From: an uncultured Gemmatimonadales bacterium
GTDB lineage: Bacteria > Gemmatimonadota > Gemmatimonadetes > Gemmatimonadales > GWC2-71-9
Assembly: GCA_963795085.1 (NCBI GenBank)
Contig: CAWCFX010000004.1
Location: 192,001-256,000 of the forward strand
Length of the DNA: 64,000 nt
Direction of reading: 5' to 3'
Both the position numbers and the translations under genes were made by a program. Positions within the stretch are counted from its first letter, which is position 1; the number at the start of each line of letters is the position of its first letter. Positions 47,985-56,239 of the stretch are shown here, piece after piece. The notes under the pieces are model-generated. The model was not told where the DNA came from and ran no database searches. It saw only the letters and a list, made by a program, of their open reading frames with translations.

Positions 47985-48548
47985 CTAGGACGACAGTTCC
48001 CGCTGTAACCAGGCCCGCGCAAAGGCCCAGTCTCGCTTGGCGGTCGCCGGCGATATCTCCAGCAGGCCGGCGGCCTCCTCAATGGAGAACCCGGCGAAGT
48101 AGCGCAACTCGACCAGGCGGGCCTGCCGCTCCTCGAAACTGGCCAGGCGCTCCAGGGCTTCGTGGACCGCGAGGACCTCCGCCGATCCTTCTTCACCCAG
48201 TTCCATGGCGTTGGAATCAAGCGTGACCTGGTGGGTCCGCCCCCGCTTGGCCGCGGAGCGGCGGCGGGCATGGTCCACCAGGATCCGGCGCATCGCCTGG
48301 GCGGCGATCCCGAAAAAGTGGGACCGGCCCTGCCAGGACACACTCCGCTGGTCCACCAACCGAAAGAAGGCCTCGTGGACCAGGGCGGTCGGGCCGAGGG
48401 AGTGTTCCCCCCGCTCCCGCCGAAGCTGGCTCGCTGCCAGGCCCCGGAGCTCCTCGTAAACCAGTGGCATCAGCCGCTCCATCGCCTTCGGCTGGCCGAG
48501 GCTCAGCTGGGCGAGAAGGCGAGTGACATCGGAGGGGGAGGATTCCAC
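47985..48548 (-). CDS. Kinase-associated ECF sigma factor (TIGR02999-like)
   Basis: VYEELRGLA, HSLGPTALVHEAF, HFFGIAAQAMRRILVDHAR, VELRYFAG, TAKRDWAFARAWL; GTG start 48548. Confidence 0.93.
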   Translation of the reverse strand: MESSPSDVTRLLAQLSLGQPKAMERLMPLVYEELRGLAASQLRRERGEHSLGPTALVHEAFFRLVDQRSVSWQGRSHFFGIAAQAMRRILVDHARRRSAAKRGRTHQVTLDSNAMELGEEGSAEVLAVHEALERLASFEERQARLVELRYFAGFSIEEAAGLLEISPATAKRDWAFARAWLQRELSS

Positions 48549-48592
48549 GAGGTCCTGGGCAGGGGACTGCCCATTCTGCCCCTTCCCCCCTA

Positions 48593-48669
48593 CACGCGCA
48601 AGGCGGACGGTCCATGGGTCAGTGAGTCCAGGGAGCTGGATGAGCCGTTTCGCCGGCTGCCTGCGCGTG
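48593..48669. promoter_or_regulatory. Two divergent candidate ECF promoters TGA(C/G)CC-N15-TGCGCGTG
   Basis: Minus copy 48621-48593 faces the ECF gene; plus copy 48641-48669 faces the lipoprotein operon. Confidence 0.6.
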
Positions 48670-48725
48670 GGAGAGTAGAGCGGCTGGTAGCCGGCCGCCT
48701 CTTGGTCCCTGCACGGAGGTCTCCC

Positions 48726-49448
48726 ATGCTGAAATCCCTGGCGGCGGTTCTTTTCCTGGGTTCGGTCCTGGCCTGTGGTGGCGGCGGTGATGGTGGGGGT
48801 GGTGGGCAGGTTATCCAGGTCGGCAATAACCTGGACTTTGTTCCGACCAGTGGGGTCGCCTGCCAGGACGGGTATCCGGTCCAGATCAACCCCAGCTTTC
48901 CCCAGCCGTTCACCATGCAGGGCGCCCAGTCCTGTATGCTGATCACCTTCTTTCCTGGAGCCCACCCTGCTGCCGCCGGTACGGTGGTGGCGGCCAATAT
49001 CCGGATTGGGCCGGTGACGGGCCCGATGCGGTTCGTGAAGGCCCGGATTCTCTACTCGCATCCCTCCGGCCAGGCCTGCTGCTCGGTCCAGCAGTATGGC
49101 CCCGTCTTCACCCCGCCGGCCAACGCCATATCGACCGTCAACCTCGGGTTCGTCATGACCGAGGAGAGTGTGCCGGCGCCGGGGGACAACCGCATCGTGG
49201 CCAACGACCTGGTGGCGCTGGAGGTGTTGGCCCCGGATGTGCCCATCCCGGGCGTGTGGACCAACAACGGCGGGTCGGATTTGCTGCTTCCCAACTATGC
49301 CTACTTTCCGTCCTTCACCACCCGCGGCCTCAATGCTCCGACCCAGAACCTCCGGTCCGATGGGAGCTACAGCGGCTTTCTCCCCGCATTCAACCTCAAC
49401 TACCGGGTAGCGGGACAGAGCGCTCCCCTCACCGGACCGGAAGAGTGA
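48726..49448 (+). CDS. Hypothetical lipoprotein
   Basis: GGAGGT RBS; MLKSLAAVLFLGSVLAC-GGGG lipobox; beta-rich with several Cys. Confidence 0.8.
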   Translation: MLKSLAAVLFLGSVLACGGGGDGGGGGQVIQVGNNLDFVPTSGVACQDGYPVQINPSFPQPFTMQGAQSCMLITFFPGAHPAAAGTVVAANIRIGPVTGPMRFVKARILYSHPSGQACCSVQQYGPVFTPPANAISTVNLGFVMTEESVPAPGDNRIVANDLVALEVLAPDVPIPGVWTNNGGSDLLLPNYAYFPSFTTRGLNAPTQNLRSDGSYSGFLPAFNLNYRVAGQSAPLTGPEE

Positions 49449-50992
49449 GCGCGCCCTCCGGCCGCGCCTGGCTCCGGCCCCGCAACGTCGCCCTGGGCCT
49501 GCTGGCTATGGGCGTGGTCTCCTATGCCATGGACCACAATGACACCGGTGCTTCCCCGATCTTCCAGCAGGGTGACCAGGGTTTCCCAGCCGACGAGGCT
49601 CCCATCGTGAGCGGCAACCCGGCCCGCCACCAGGATCCCAGGGGGTTTGAACTGGACCGGCCCGAGCGCTGGGAGATCGAGGCTCTCAGCCTCGGCGAAA
49701 TCAGCGTGAGGGCGCCCGGCGGCGAGACCGGCGTTCTCATTCGCGCCCGAGCGGTGCAGGGGGACCTCTCCCGCTGGCTAGCCGAGGCGTACCCTGCCAC
49801 TGAGCGGACGCTGGCCGGGGGGACGCTGGTCGAGGGCCGCGCTCAGGGAGGCGACGTTGCGCGCGCCACCTACCGGGTGCGGGCAGGCAACAGGCTGGCC
49901 ACCGCCGTGGCCGTGCGTCGCGGTGGCGTGGCGACCATCTTCGTGGCGTATGCGCCGGCGGATCGTTACCCGGAGGAACTGCCCCGGCTGACCAGTATCC
50001 TGGAGAGCTTCAGATTCACCAACCGAGGCGATCGCCCGGTTGCCCGTCCCGCGGCGCGCTTCGTTCGCTGGGTCGAACCGCATGAGCAGGCGTTCTCGAT
50101 GGAGATCCCGGAAGGATGGCGGCCGGAGGGCGGGCTGCTTCGCCGGGCGGACGGTGTTCGGGTGGCCGCGCAGATGACCTCGCCGGACGGGGCGGCATTC
50201 ATGTTTTTCGGCGATGGGTCGGTGCCTTCCTATTTCGTGTACCCCAGCCAGGTGGCGCTTTCGCTCGGCAGCCGGGAAGGCTACCCGACCGGGCCCAACG
50301 GTCCGATCATGCTGCGCTTCCTGGAGGCGGAGGTGATGGGGCGGCGCATCCTGGAGCAGCGATTCGGCTCGGTAGAGGTGGTGACCGCGCATCAGCGGCC
50401 CGACCTGATCGAAACATTGCGGAGGAACCCCGCGCTGCAGGGCGGCCCGTCCCAGTTGAGCGCGGCCGAACTCGAGTTCCGGCTTGCCGATGGACGGCTC
50501 GGGATCCTTGCGCTCAGCACCCAGGGGCAGCCGGTTCAGGATCTCGGCGGAACCTGGCGGGTTGACCATATCCACGGGTTTGTGGCTCCGCCCGAACGGG
50601 CCGGCGAGACCGGCATGGCTCTGGCCCGGGCTGTCGGCACCTCCCGCGAGAGCCCGGCCTGGCGGGTCGGAGAAGCCGCGCACCAGGGCCGGATGTCCGC
50701 CCAGTACCAGGAGTACGTGGCCTATTCCTCCAATCTCCAGCGGCAGACGCTGGAAGCGCGCTGGGCCTCTGACGTGGCCCGGCAGGCGGGACGGCGCGAC
50801 ATCCTTGGGGGGACGGTCCGGCTGCAGGATCCCGTAAGTGGCGAACGGTTCGAGACCGGGGGGCAGGACCGATACTACTACCGCGTCATGGACGGCCGGG
50901 GGAACACCGGGATCGGAACCGACACGGACTTCAGTCCGGCACCGGAACTCGACCTGCGCCGAATGCTGCAAGTGGGGGTGGACGTGCCGTAG
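49445..50992 (+). CDS. Hypothetical membrane-anchored extracytoplasmic protein
   Basis: GTGA overlap; N-terminal TM; two repeats of the GFELDRPERW / AFSMEIPEGW type. Confidence 0.75.
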   Translation: MSAPSGRAWLRPRNVALGLLAMGVVSYAMDHNDTGASPIFQQGDQGFPADEAPIVSGNPARHQDPRGFELDRPERWEIEALSLGEISVRAPGGETGVLIRARAVQGDLSRWLAEAYPATERTLAGGTLVEGRAQGGDVARATYRVRAGNRLATAVAVRRGGVATIFVAYAPADRYPEELPRLTSILESFRFTNRGDRPVARPAARFVRWVEPHEQAFSMEIPEGWRPEGGLLRRADGVRVAAQMTSPDGAAFMFFGDGSVPSYFVYPSQVALSLGSREGYPTGPNGPIMLRFLEAEVMGRRILEQRFGSVEVVTAHQRPDLIETLRRNPALQGGPSQLSAAELEFRLADGRLGILALSTQGQPVQDLGGTWRVDHIHGFVAPPERAGETGMALARAVGTSRESPAWRVGEAAHQGRMSAQYQEYVAYSSNLQRQTLEARWASDVARQAGRRDILGGTVRLQDPVSGERFETGGQDRYYYRVMDGRGNTGIGTDTDFSPAPELDLRRMLQVGVDVP

Positions 50993-51021
50993 ATCGGCGG
51001 CAGGCAGATATCTTTCCGCTC

Positions 51022-52284
51022 ATGGCGCTATCCCCGGGCGCTCGCGGCGTCGAGCGGACCTATCTCCTTCTCACCTTGCTCTCCACCGGGGCGTCCTCAC
51101 TTATCTGGGGTATCAACACACTTTTCCTGCTGGATGCCGGGCTCAACAACACGGCCGCCTTTACCGTCAACGCGTTCTTTACCGCGGGGCAGGTCATCTT
51201 CGAAGTGCCGACCGGCGTCCTGGCCGATACGTGGGGCCGCCGCCGGTCCTACCTGCTGGGTGCCGCCACACTCCTGGTCTCGACGCTTCTGTACCTCCTC
51301 ATGTGGCGATTGCGGGCTCCGCTCGCCGGTTGGGCAGTCGCGTCCATCCTGATCGGCCTCGGGTTCACCTTTTTTTCGGGTGCGACCGAGGCCTGGCTGG
51401 TGGACGCTCTCCATTTCACCGGCTATACCGGCAGCCTGGAAAAAGTCTTTGCCCGGGGGCAAATCGTCACCGGCGCCGCCATGCTGGCCGGGTCCGTGGG
51501 GGGAGGTTTTCTCGCCCAGGTCACCAGCCTTGCAGTGCCCTACCTGGTGCGGGCCGGCCTTCTTGGACTCACCCTGGCCGCCGCATTCTTCCTGATGCAC
51601 GACCTGGGATTCTCCCCCTCCCGGAGCCGGGGTACCGGTGTCGAGATCCGCCGGGTGCTTGAGGCTTCTCTCGAGCATGGATGGCGCCGTCCGCCGGTGC
51701 GCTGGATGATGCTGAGCGCTCCATTCACCATGGGCGTCCTGGTCTACGCCTTCTACGCATTGCAGCCGTACCTGCTGGAACTCTACGGCGATCCCAGCGC
51801 TTATGGCATCGCAGGTCTGGCGGCGGCCATTATTGCGGGCACCGGGATCCTGGGCGGGATCCTGGTCCCCCATGTACGCCGGTTGTTTGCCCGGCGCACC
51901 GATGCCCTGGTCACCCTGACCCTGCTGAGCATCGGCAGCCTCGCCGTGCTGGGGCTGCGGCCCGGCTTCTGGGTGGCCCTGGGGATCCTGGTAGTCTGGG
52001 GAATGGCCTTTGCCGCAAGCACCCCGATTCGGCAGGCTTACCTGAACGGGGTCATTCCATCGGCGCAGCGGGCCACTGTCCTCTCGTTCGACAACCTGAT
52101 GGGATCCGCCGGAGGCGTCGTGGCGCAGCCGGGCCTCGGGCGCATCGCGGACTGGCGCGGATACCCCGCGTCCTACCTGGTTGCAGCCGCCATCCAGCTG
52201 GCCGCCATCCCGTTCCTCCTGAGGGCCCGCCGCGCGGATTCCCCCTCCGATCCGATTGAGCCGGAGGTTACCCGGCCCCATTAA
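51022..52284 (+). CDS. MFS transporter
   Basis: FEVPTGVLADTWGRRRS motif A; about 12 TM segments. Confidence 0.92.
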   Translation: MALSPGARGVERTYLLLTLLSTGASSLIWGINTLFLLDAGLNNTAAFTVNAFFTAGQVIFEVPTGVLADTWGRRRSYLLGAATLLVSTLLYLLMWRLRAPLAGWAVASILIGLGFTFFSGATEAWLVDALHFTGYTGSLEKVFARGQIVTGAAMLAGSVGGGFLAQVTSLAVPYLVRAGLLGLTLAAAFFLMHDLGFSPSRSRGTGVEIRRVLEASLEHGWRRPPVRWMMLSAPFTMGVLVYAFYALQPYLLELYGDPSAYGIAGLAAAIIAGTGILGGILVPHVRRLFARRTDALVTLTLLSIGSLAVLGLRPGFWVALGILVVWGMAFAASTPIRQAYLNGVIPSAQRATVLSFDNLMGSAGGVVAQPGLGRIADWRGYPASYLVAAAIQLAAIPFLLRARRADSPSDPIEPEVTRPH

Positions 52285-52293
52285 CTTTCGGCC

Positions 52294-53829
52294 ATGCCGA
52301 CCAATCCGGATCCCATCGCCCTGGAGGAGGACACCTCCTTTCCCGAGCGCCTCCAGGCCGCCATCGCTCTGCTGGAAGCGGTGGTGGCCGACCGCGGCCT
52401 GCTGGCCAGAGTGGCTGCGGAAGACCGCCAGCGGCTGCTCCGCGCCGCGGGGCACGTCTATCATCCCGATCACGTCGCCCGGCGGCGGCTGGTCAAGGAG
52501 ACCGTGCGCCGGCGGAAAGACGCCAAGGCACGGCAGGACGACGGCGCCTTGCACCAGACCGGGATCCGGAGGCTCCGCCGGCAGGATGTCTTCACGACGC
52601 CCAATGTCTATCCTCCCGCCGACTTTCAGCAGGAAGACGTCGAGGAGCCCGGGTTCCGCGAGGCGGTGGAGCCGCAGCACTGCTACATCTGCAAACAGGA
52701 CTATTCCGCGATCCATCATTTCTACGACCAGCTCTGTCCTGCCTGCGCCGAGTTCAACTATGCCAAGCGCGCGGAGCTGGCCGACCTGCGCGGCCGGGTC
52801 GCGCTCCTGACCGGGGGGCGGGTCAAGATCGGATACCAGGCCGGGATCAAGCTGCTGCGGTCCGGTGCCCGGCTCATCGTCACCACCCGCTTTCCCCGCG
52901 ATTCGGCGATGCGCTACGCGGCCGAGCCCGATTTCCAGGAGTGGGGGCACCGGCTCCGGATCTTCGGACTGGATCTCCGGCATACGCCGAGCGTGGAGGC
53001 CTTCTGCCGGGAGATCCTGACCTCGGAGGACCGTCTCGATTTCATCGTTAACAACGCCTGCCAGACCGTGCGGCGGCCGCCGGCGTTCTACCAGCATATG
53101 ATGGAGCGGGAATCCACGGCCCTGGCGGACCTCCCGGAACGGCAGCATGCGCTTCTGGGGACCATCATGGGCTCCCCGGAAGCGCCGATACTGCCCGCCC
53201 TGGTGGACCCGGTTGCCCTGGGGATGACCCATTCGGCCCGGCTGTCTCAGGTGCCGCTGCTCCCGGGGGAAGAGGTGGTCGAGCGCGCGCTCTTTCCCGA
53301 GGGCCGGCTGGACCAGGATCTCCAGCAGGTGGACCTCCGGGGCCGGAACTCCTGGCGACTGCTGATGGACGAGGTCTCCTCTGTGGAACTGCTCGAAGTG
53401 CAGCTGGTCAACGCCATCGCGCCGTTCATCATCAATGCCCGGCTCAAACCGCTCCTGCTCCGGACCCCCGAGCGGGACAAACACATCGTCAACGTCTCCG
53501 CGGTCGAGGGCCAGTTCTACCGCCACCTCAAGACCACGCGGCATCCCCATACCAACATGGCCAAGGCGGCGCTCAACATGATGACCCGCACGTCGGCCAC
53601 CGATTACTACCAGCACGGCATCCACATGAACAGCGTGGATACCGGGTGGGTCACCGACGAGGATCCGGCGGCGATCGCGGCCCGGAAAACGGCGGACCAC
53701 CGCTTCCATCCGCCCCTGGACATCGTGGACGGAGCGGCACGAATTGTGGACCCGATCATCGCGGGGATCAATTCAGGCCGGCACGTATGGGGACAGTTCC
53801 TGAAGGACTATCAGCCCACAGACTGGTAA
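52294..53829 (+). CDS. SDR oxidoreductase with N-terminal Cys4 motif
   Basis: CYICK...CPAC, TGGRVKIG, VNNA, HTNMAK. Confidence 0.88.
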   Translation: MPTNPDPIALEEDTSFPERLQAAIALLEAVVADRGLLARVAAEDRQRLLRAAGHVYHPDHVARRRLVKETVRRRKDAKARQDDGALHQTGIRRLRRQDVFTTPNVYPPADFQQEDVEEPGFREAVEPQHCYICKQDYSAIHHFYDQLCPACAEFNYAKRAELADLRGRVALLTGGRVKIGYQAGIKLLRSGARLIVTTRFPRDSAMRYAAEPDFQEWGHRLRIFGLDLRHTPSVEAFCREILTSEDRLDFIVNNACQTVRRPPAFYQHMMERESTALADLPERQHALLGTIMGSPEAPILPALVDPVALGMTHSARLSQVPLLPGEEVVERALFPEGRLDQDLQQVDLRGRNSWRLLMDEVSSVELLEVQLVNAIAPFIINARLKPLLLRTPERDKHIVNVSAVEGQFYRHLKTTRHPHTNMAKAALNMMTRTSATDYYQHGIHMNSVDTGWVTDEDPAAIAARKTADHRFHPPLDIVDGAARIVDPIIAGINSGRHVWGQFLKDYQPTDW

Positions 53830-53839
53830 CCCGGGAGGG

Positions 53840-54571
53840 ATGGTGCGGACGATCCTGATTGCGCTCATCACTGGAGTGGCGGGGGCATTGCTGGCGCTGC
53901 TCGGCGGAGACCTGGCGACCCGGGCGCACCGGGTCTCGGATTTCGAGGGCGGCCGGGGCATGCTCCTGGTCTTCGTCATCGTTCCGGCCGGGTTCCTGGT
54001 CGCCGGGGGTCTCGGGTTCCTGGTGGCACGCAAGATGGCCGACCCGGGACTGGCCGGATTTGCCCGGGCCCAGGGCGTAGCACTGTTGGGGGCGGCCCTG
54101 GTGGCGGCCGCCGTGTTCGGGCTCGCCTACCTGAAAGCGCCTCGGGCACCCTCCCTGGACGGCCAGTATCTCAACCTGGAGTTTGAAGTACGGATGCCGG
54201 AAGGCCGAGTGGCACCTGATTCCACCGACGGCTTTACCGTGCTCATGACATCTCGCGGGTCCGGCGACGACCGCCGCAATGCTGACCTTAAAGTGGATTC
54301 CATCTACACCAGCGACGGGCGGGTCGTCATACCAGCTGCCGCTTTCCTGCGAACCACGACAACGCAGCGTTCCCTGGTCGTCAATGACCTGGAAGGGAAG
54401 TACTACTGGTTCGACCTGCCTCTACGGGCCCGGCCCAGGGCCGAAGATGAACAGTGGACGGACTGGTGGCCCGCGCCGGGACAGTCGGCCACAGCCGATA
54501 TCAACGGCAACGGGGGGTTTCAGATACGATACCGCGTTCAACGCATTCCCACTGAGGGAGCGAATCAGTGA
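53840..54571 (+). CDS. Hypothetical membrane protein
   Basis: Three N-terminal TM segments plus a soluble domain; GGAGG RBS. Confidence 0.7.
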   Translation: MVRTILIALITGVAGALLALLGGDLATRAHRVSDFEGGRGMLLVFVIVPAGFLVAGGLGFLVARKMADPGLAGFARAQGVALLGAALVAAAVFGLAYLKAPRAPSLDGQYLNLEFEVRMPEGRVAPDSTDGFTVLMTSRGSGDDRRNADLKVDSIYTSDGRVVIPAAAFLRTTTTQRSLVVNDLEGKYYWFDLPLRARPRAEDEQWTDWWPAPGQSATADINGNGGFQIRYRVQRIPTEGANQ

Positions 54572-54957
54572 CCCATCCATTCAAGCCGGGCGGTTATCCC
54601 TCGGTCTCGCCTTACCTGGTCACCCGCGACGCCCGGGGTGTCATCGAGTTCCTCGTCAACGGACTGGACGGCATACCGCTCCGGCGATACGACATGCCCG
54701 ACGGAACCGTCATGCATGCCGAGGTCCGGATTGACGATTCGGTGATCATGCTGGGAGAGGCGGGGGGCGAATGGCCAGCGGTGCTGTCAAACGTCCACGT
54801 GTACGTGCCGGACGTGGATGCGGCCTACCAACGCGCCCTGGCGGCCGGGGGGATCCCGGTGCAGGAGCCGGTCCGAAAAGACGATCCGGATCGCCGTGGC
54901 GGGGTCAAGGACCCGGGAGGCAATACCTGGTGGATCGCAACGCAAGTGGGCGAATAG
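54568..54957 (+). CDS. VOC/PhnB family protein
   Basis: VSPYL, MHAEVRIDDS, DVDAAYQRALAAG, VKDPGGNTWWI. Confidence 0.9.
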   Translation: MTHPFKPGGYPSVSPYLVTRDARGVIEFLVNGLDGIPLRRYDMPDGTVMHAEVRIDDSVIMLGEAGGEWPAVLSNVHVYVPDVDAAYQRALAAGGIPVQEPVRKDDPDRRGGVKDPGGNTWWIATQVGE

Positions 54958-55031
54958 TATCAAGGGAGGCACCTCGTCCTCCCATTCCATCCGCCCTTAT
55001 TTCGTGTATTCGTGATTTTGTGGACCGACCC

Positions 55032-55646
55032 TTAAAAACCCAGAGTCAGCCCCAGGTTCAGCGCCCAGTTGTGAGTCGTTTGCGTGTTGACATCGATACC
55101 GACCACATCTCCAGGCTCGAACTTGCCAATGTAGTCCTTGGCGAGAATCCGCAGTCCCAGGTTCCGGGCCAGTGGTAAATCCGCGCCGGCGCCGATGTTA
55201 TACGCCAGGTTGGCGGCGCTGAACTGGAGAGGCCCCAAGTCAAAGGAGTACCGCATTCCTCCAATGCCGGCCTGCAGGAACGGCGTGATCTGTTGCGGGG
55301 TGCGCCCCGGGAGGCTCAGTTGAACGCCACCGTCATACATCAACACCGAGCCCTCGCCCACCGAAACCCCTCCCAGGACGGGAATTCCCGCTTCCAGGCC
55401 GGGCCGGGAATATGCGAGGTTGCCGTAGAAGCCGATGTTCGCCGTCACCGGGATACCCAGTTGGGCGCCATAAGCCATACCGGTGCCATTGCTGATCCCG
55501 CTGCCGAGGGGGCCGGATACCAGGTTGCCGAATCCCATGTATCCGGCGTAGGGGGTGATCTGGATGGATTGCCGCGGTTGCTGCGCCTGGAGGGGACCGG
55601 CAAGTACGAGGATGGCCGCCCACCCCGCAAGTTGCATGAGTTTCAT
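55032..55646 (-). CDS. Outer membrane beta-barrel protein
   Basis: Signal peptide, alternating beta strands, C-terminal LGLTLGF. Confidence 0.82.
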   Translation of the reverse strand: MKLMQLAGWAAILVLAGPLQAQQPRQSIQITPYAGYMGFGNLVSGPLGSGISNGTGMAYGAQLGIPVTANIGFYGNLAYSRPGLEAGIPVLGGVSVGEGSVLMYDGGVQLSLPGRTPQQITPFLQAGIGGMRYSFDLGPLQFSAANLAYNIGAGADLPLARNLGLRILAKDYIGKFEPGDVVGIDVNTQTTHNWALNLGLTLGF

Positions 55647-55835
55647 TGTAGGAGTCCTTACTGAATGTCGTGGCCGGAACTGAGTTTCGGTGATAATGGG
55701 CAGACTTGGTGCCACGTCGCCCAGTGACCTGGGCGTGTCGTTTGCGGGCGTCAGGCTGTCACCGCCTACTCTGGTTGTCCGCTGGGCGAGACAGTCGGTA
55801 GCCCGGAGAGGTCAAAATTCTTGAGCGGAGGTCCG

Positions 55836-56180
55836 ATGTTGCAGAGAATCGCTTTGCTCGGCTGCGTCCTGGGGGCGCTCGGGCTGGCTACGCCAGCCGC
55901 TGCCCAGGAGAACGACCTCCCCCTGGCGCCGGATAGCTTGGCCCGGGCGGGCAATGCCGTCGTCCTGCTGCTTCCCCCCGCTGGCGGCTACGAGATCAAT
56001 CACCAGGCCGTCCCCCTTCCCGACCTCGGCCAGCAGTTCCGGGCGATCTACGATAACCGGCCCATCAAGGTCCTCCTGGTGGCGTGGGGTGCCGGACGGC
56101 CGATGCGTGAGGTGGACACTGTCGTGCTGCTGGCCCGGGAACAGGGAGTCACGGTGTTCCAGGTTCCCTGGGGGCCGTGA
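55836..56180 (+). CDS. Secreted ExbD C-terminal-like small protein
   Basis: GGAGG RBS; signal peptide; YEINHQAVPLPDL...IYDNRPIKVLLV...AREQGV. Confidence 0.6.
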   Translation: MLQRIALLGCVLGALGLATPAAAQENDLPLAPDSLARAGNAVVLLLPPAGGYEINHQAVPLPDLGQQFRAIYDNRPIKVLLVAWGAGRPMREVDTVVLLAREQGVTVFQVPWGP

Positions 56181-56239
56181 CCTGCCGCTAAGGCCCTTCG
56201 GGGGGCCCAGGAGAATCGCTCCGGACGTTCTCGCGAGGG

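Noticed and set aside
45530..49061. Possible ECF-kinase fusion or extended ORFs
   Set aside because: The ECF has its own stop (47985) and the kinase its own ATG (47959); the extensions are off-frame overlaps.
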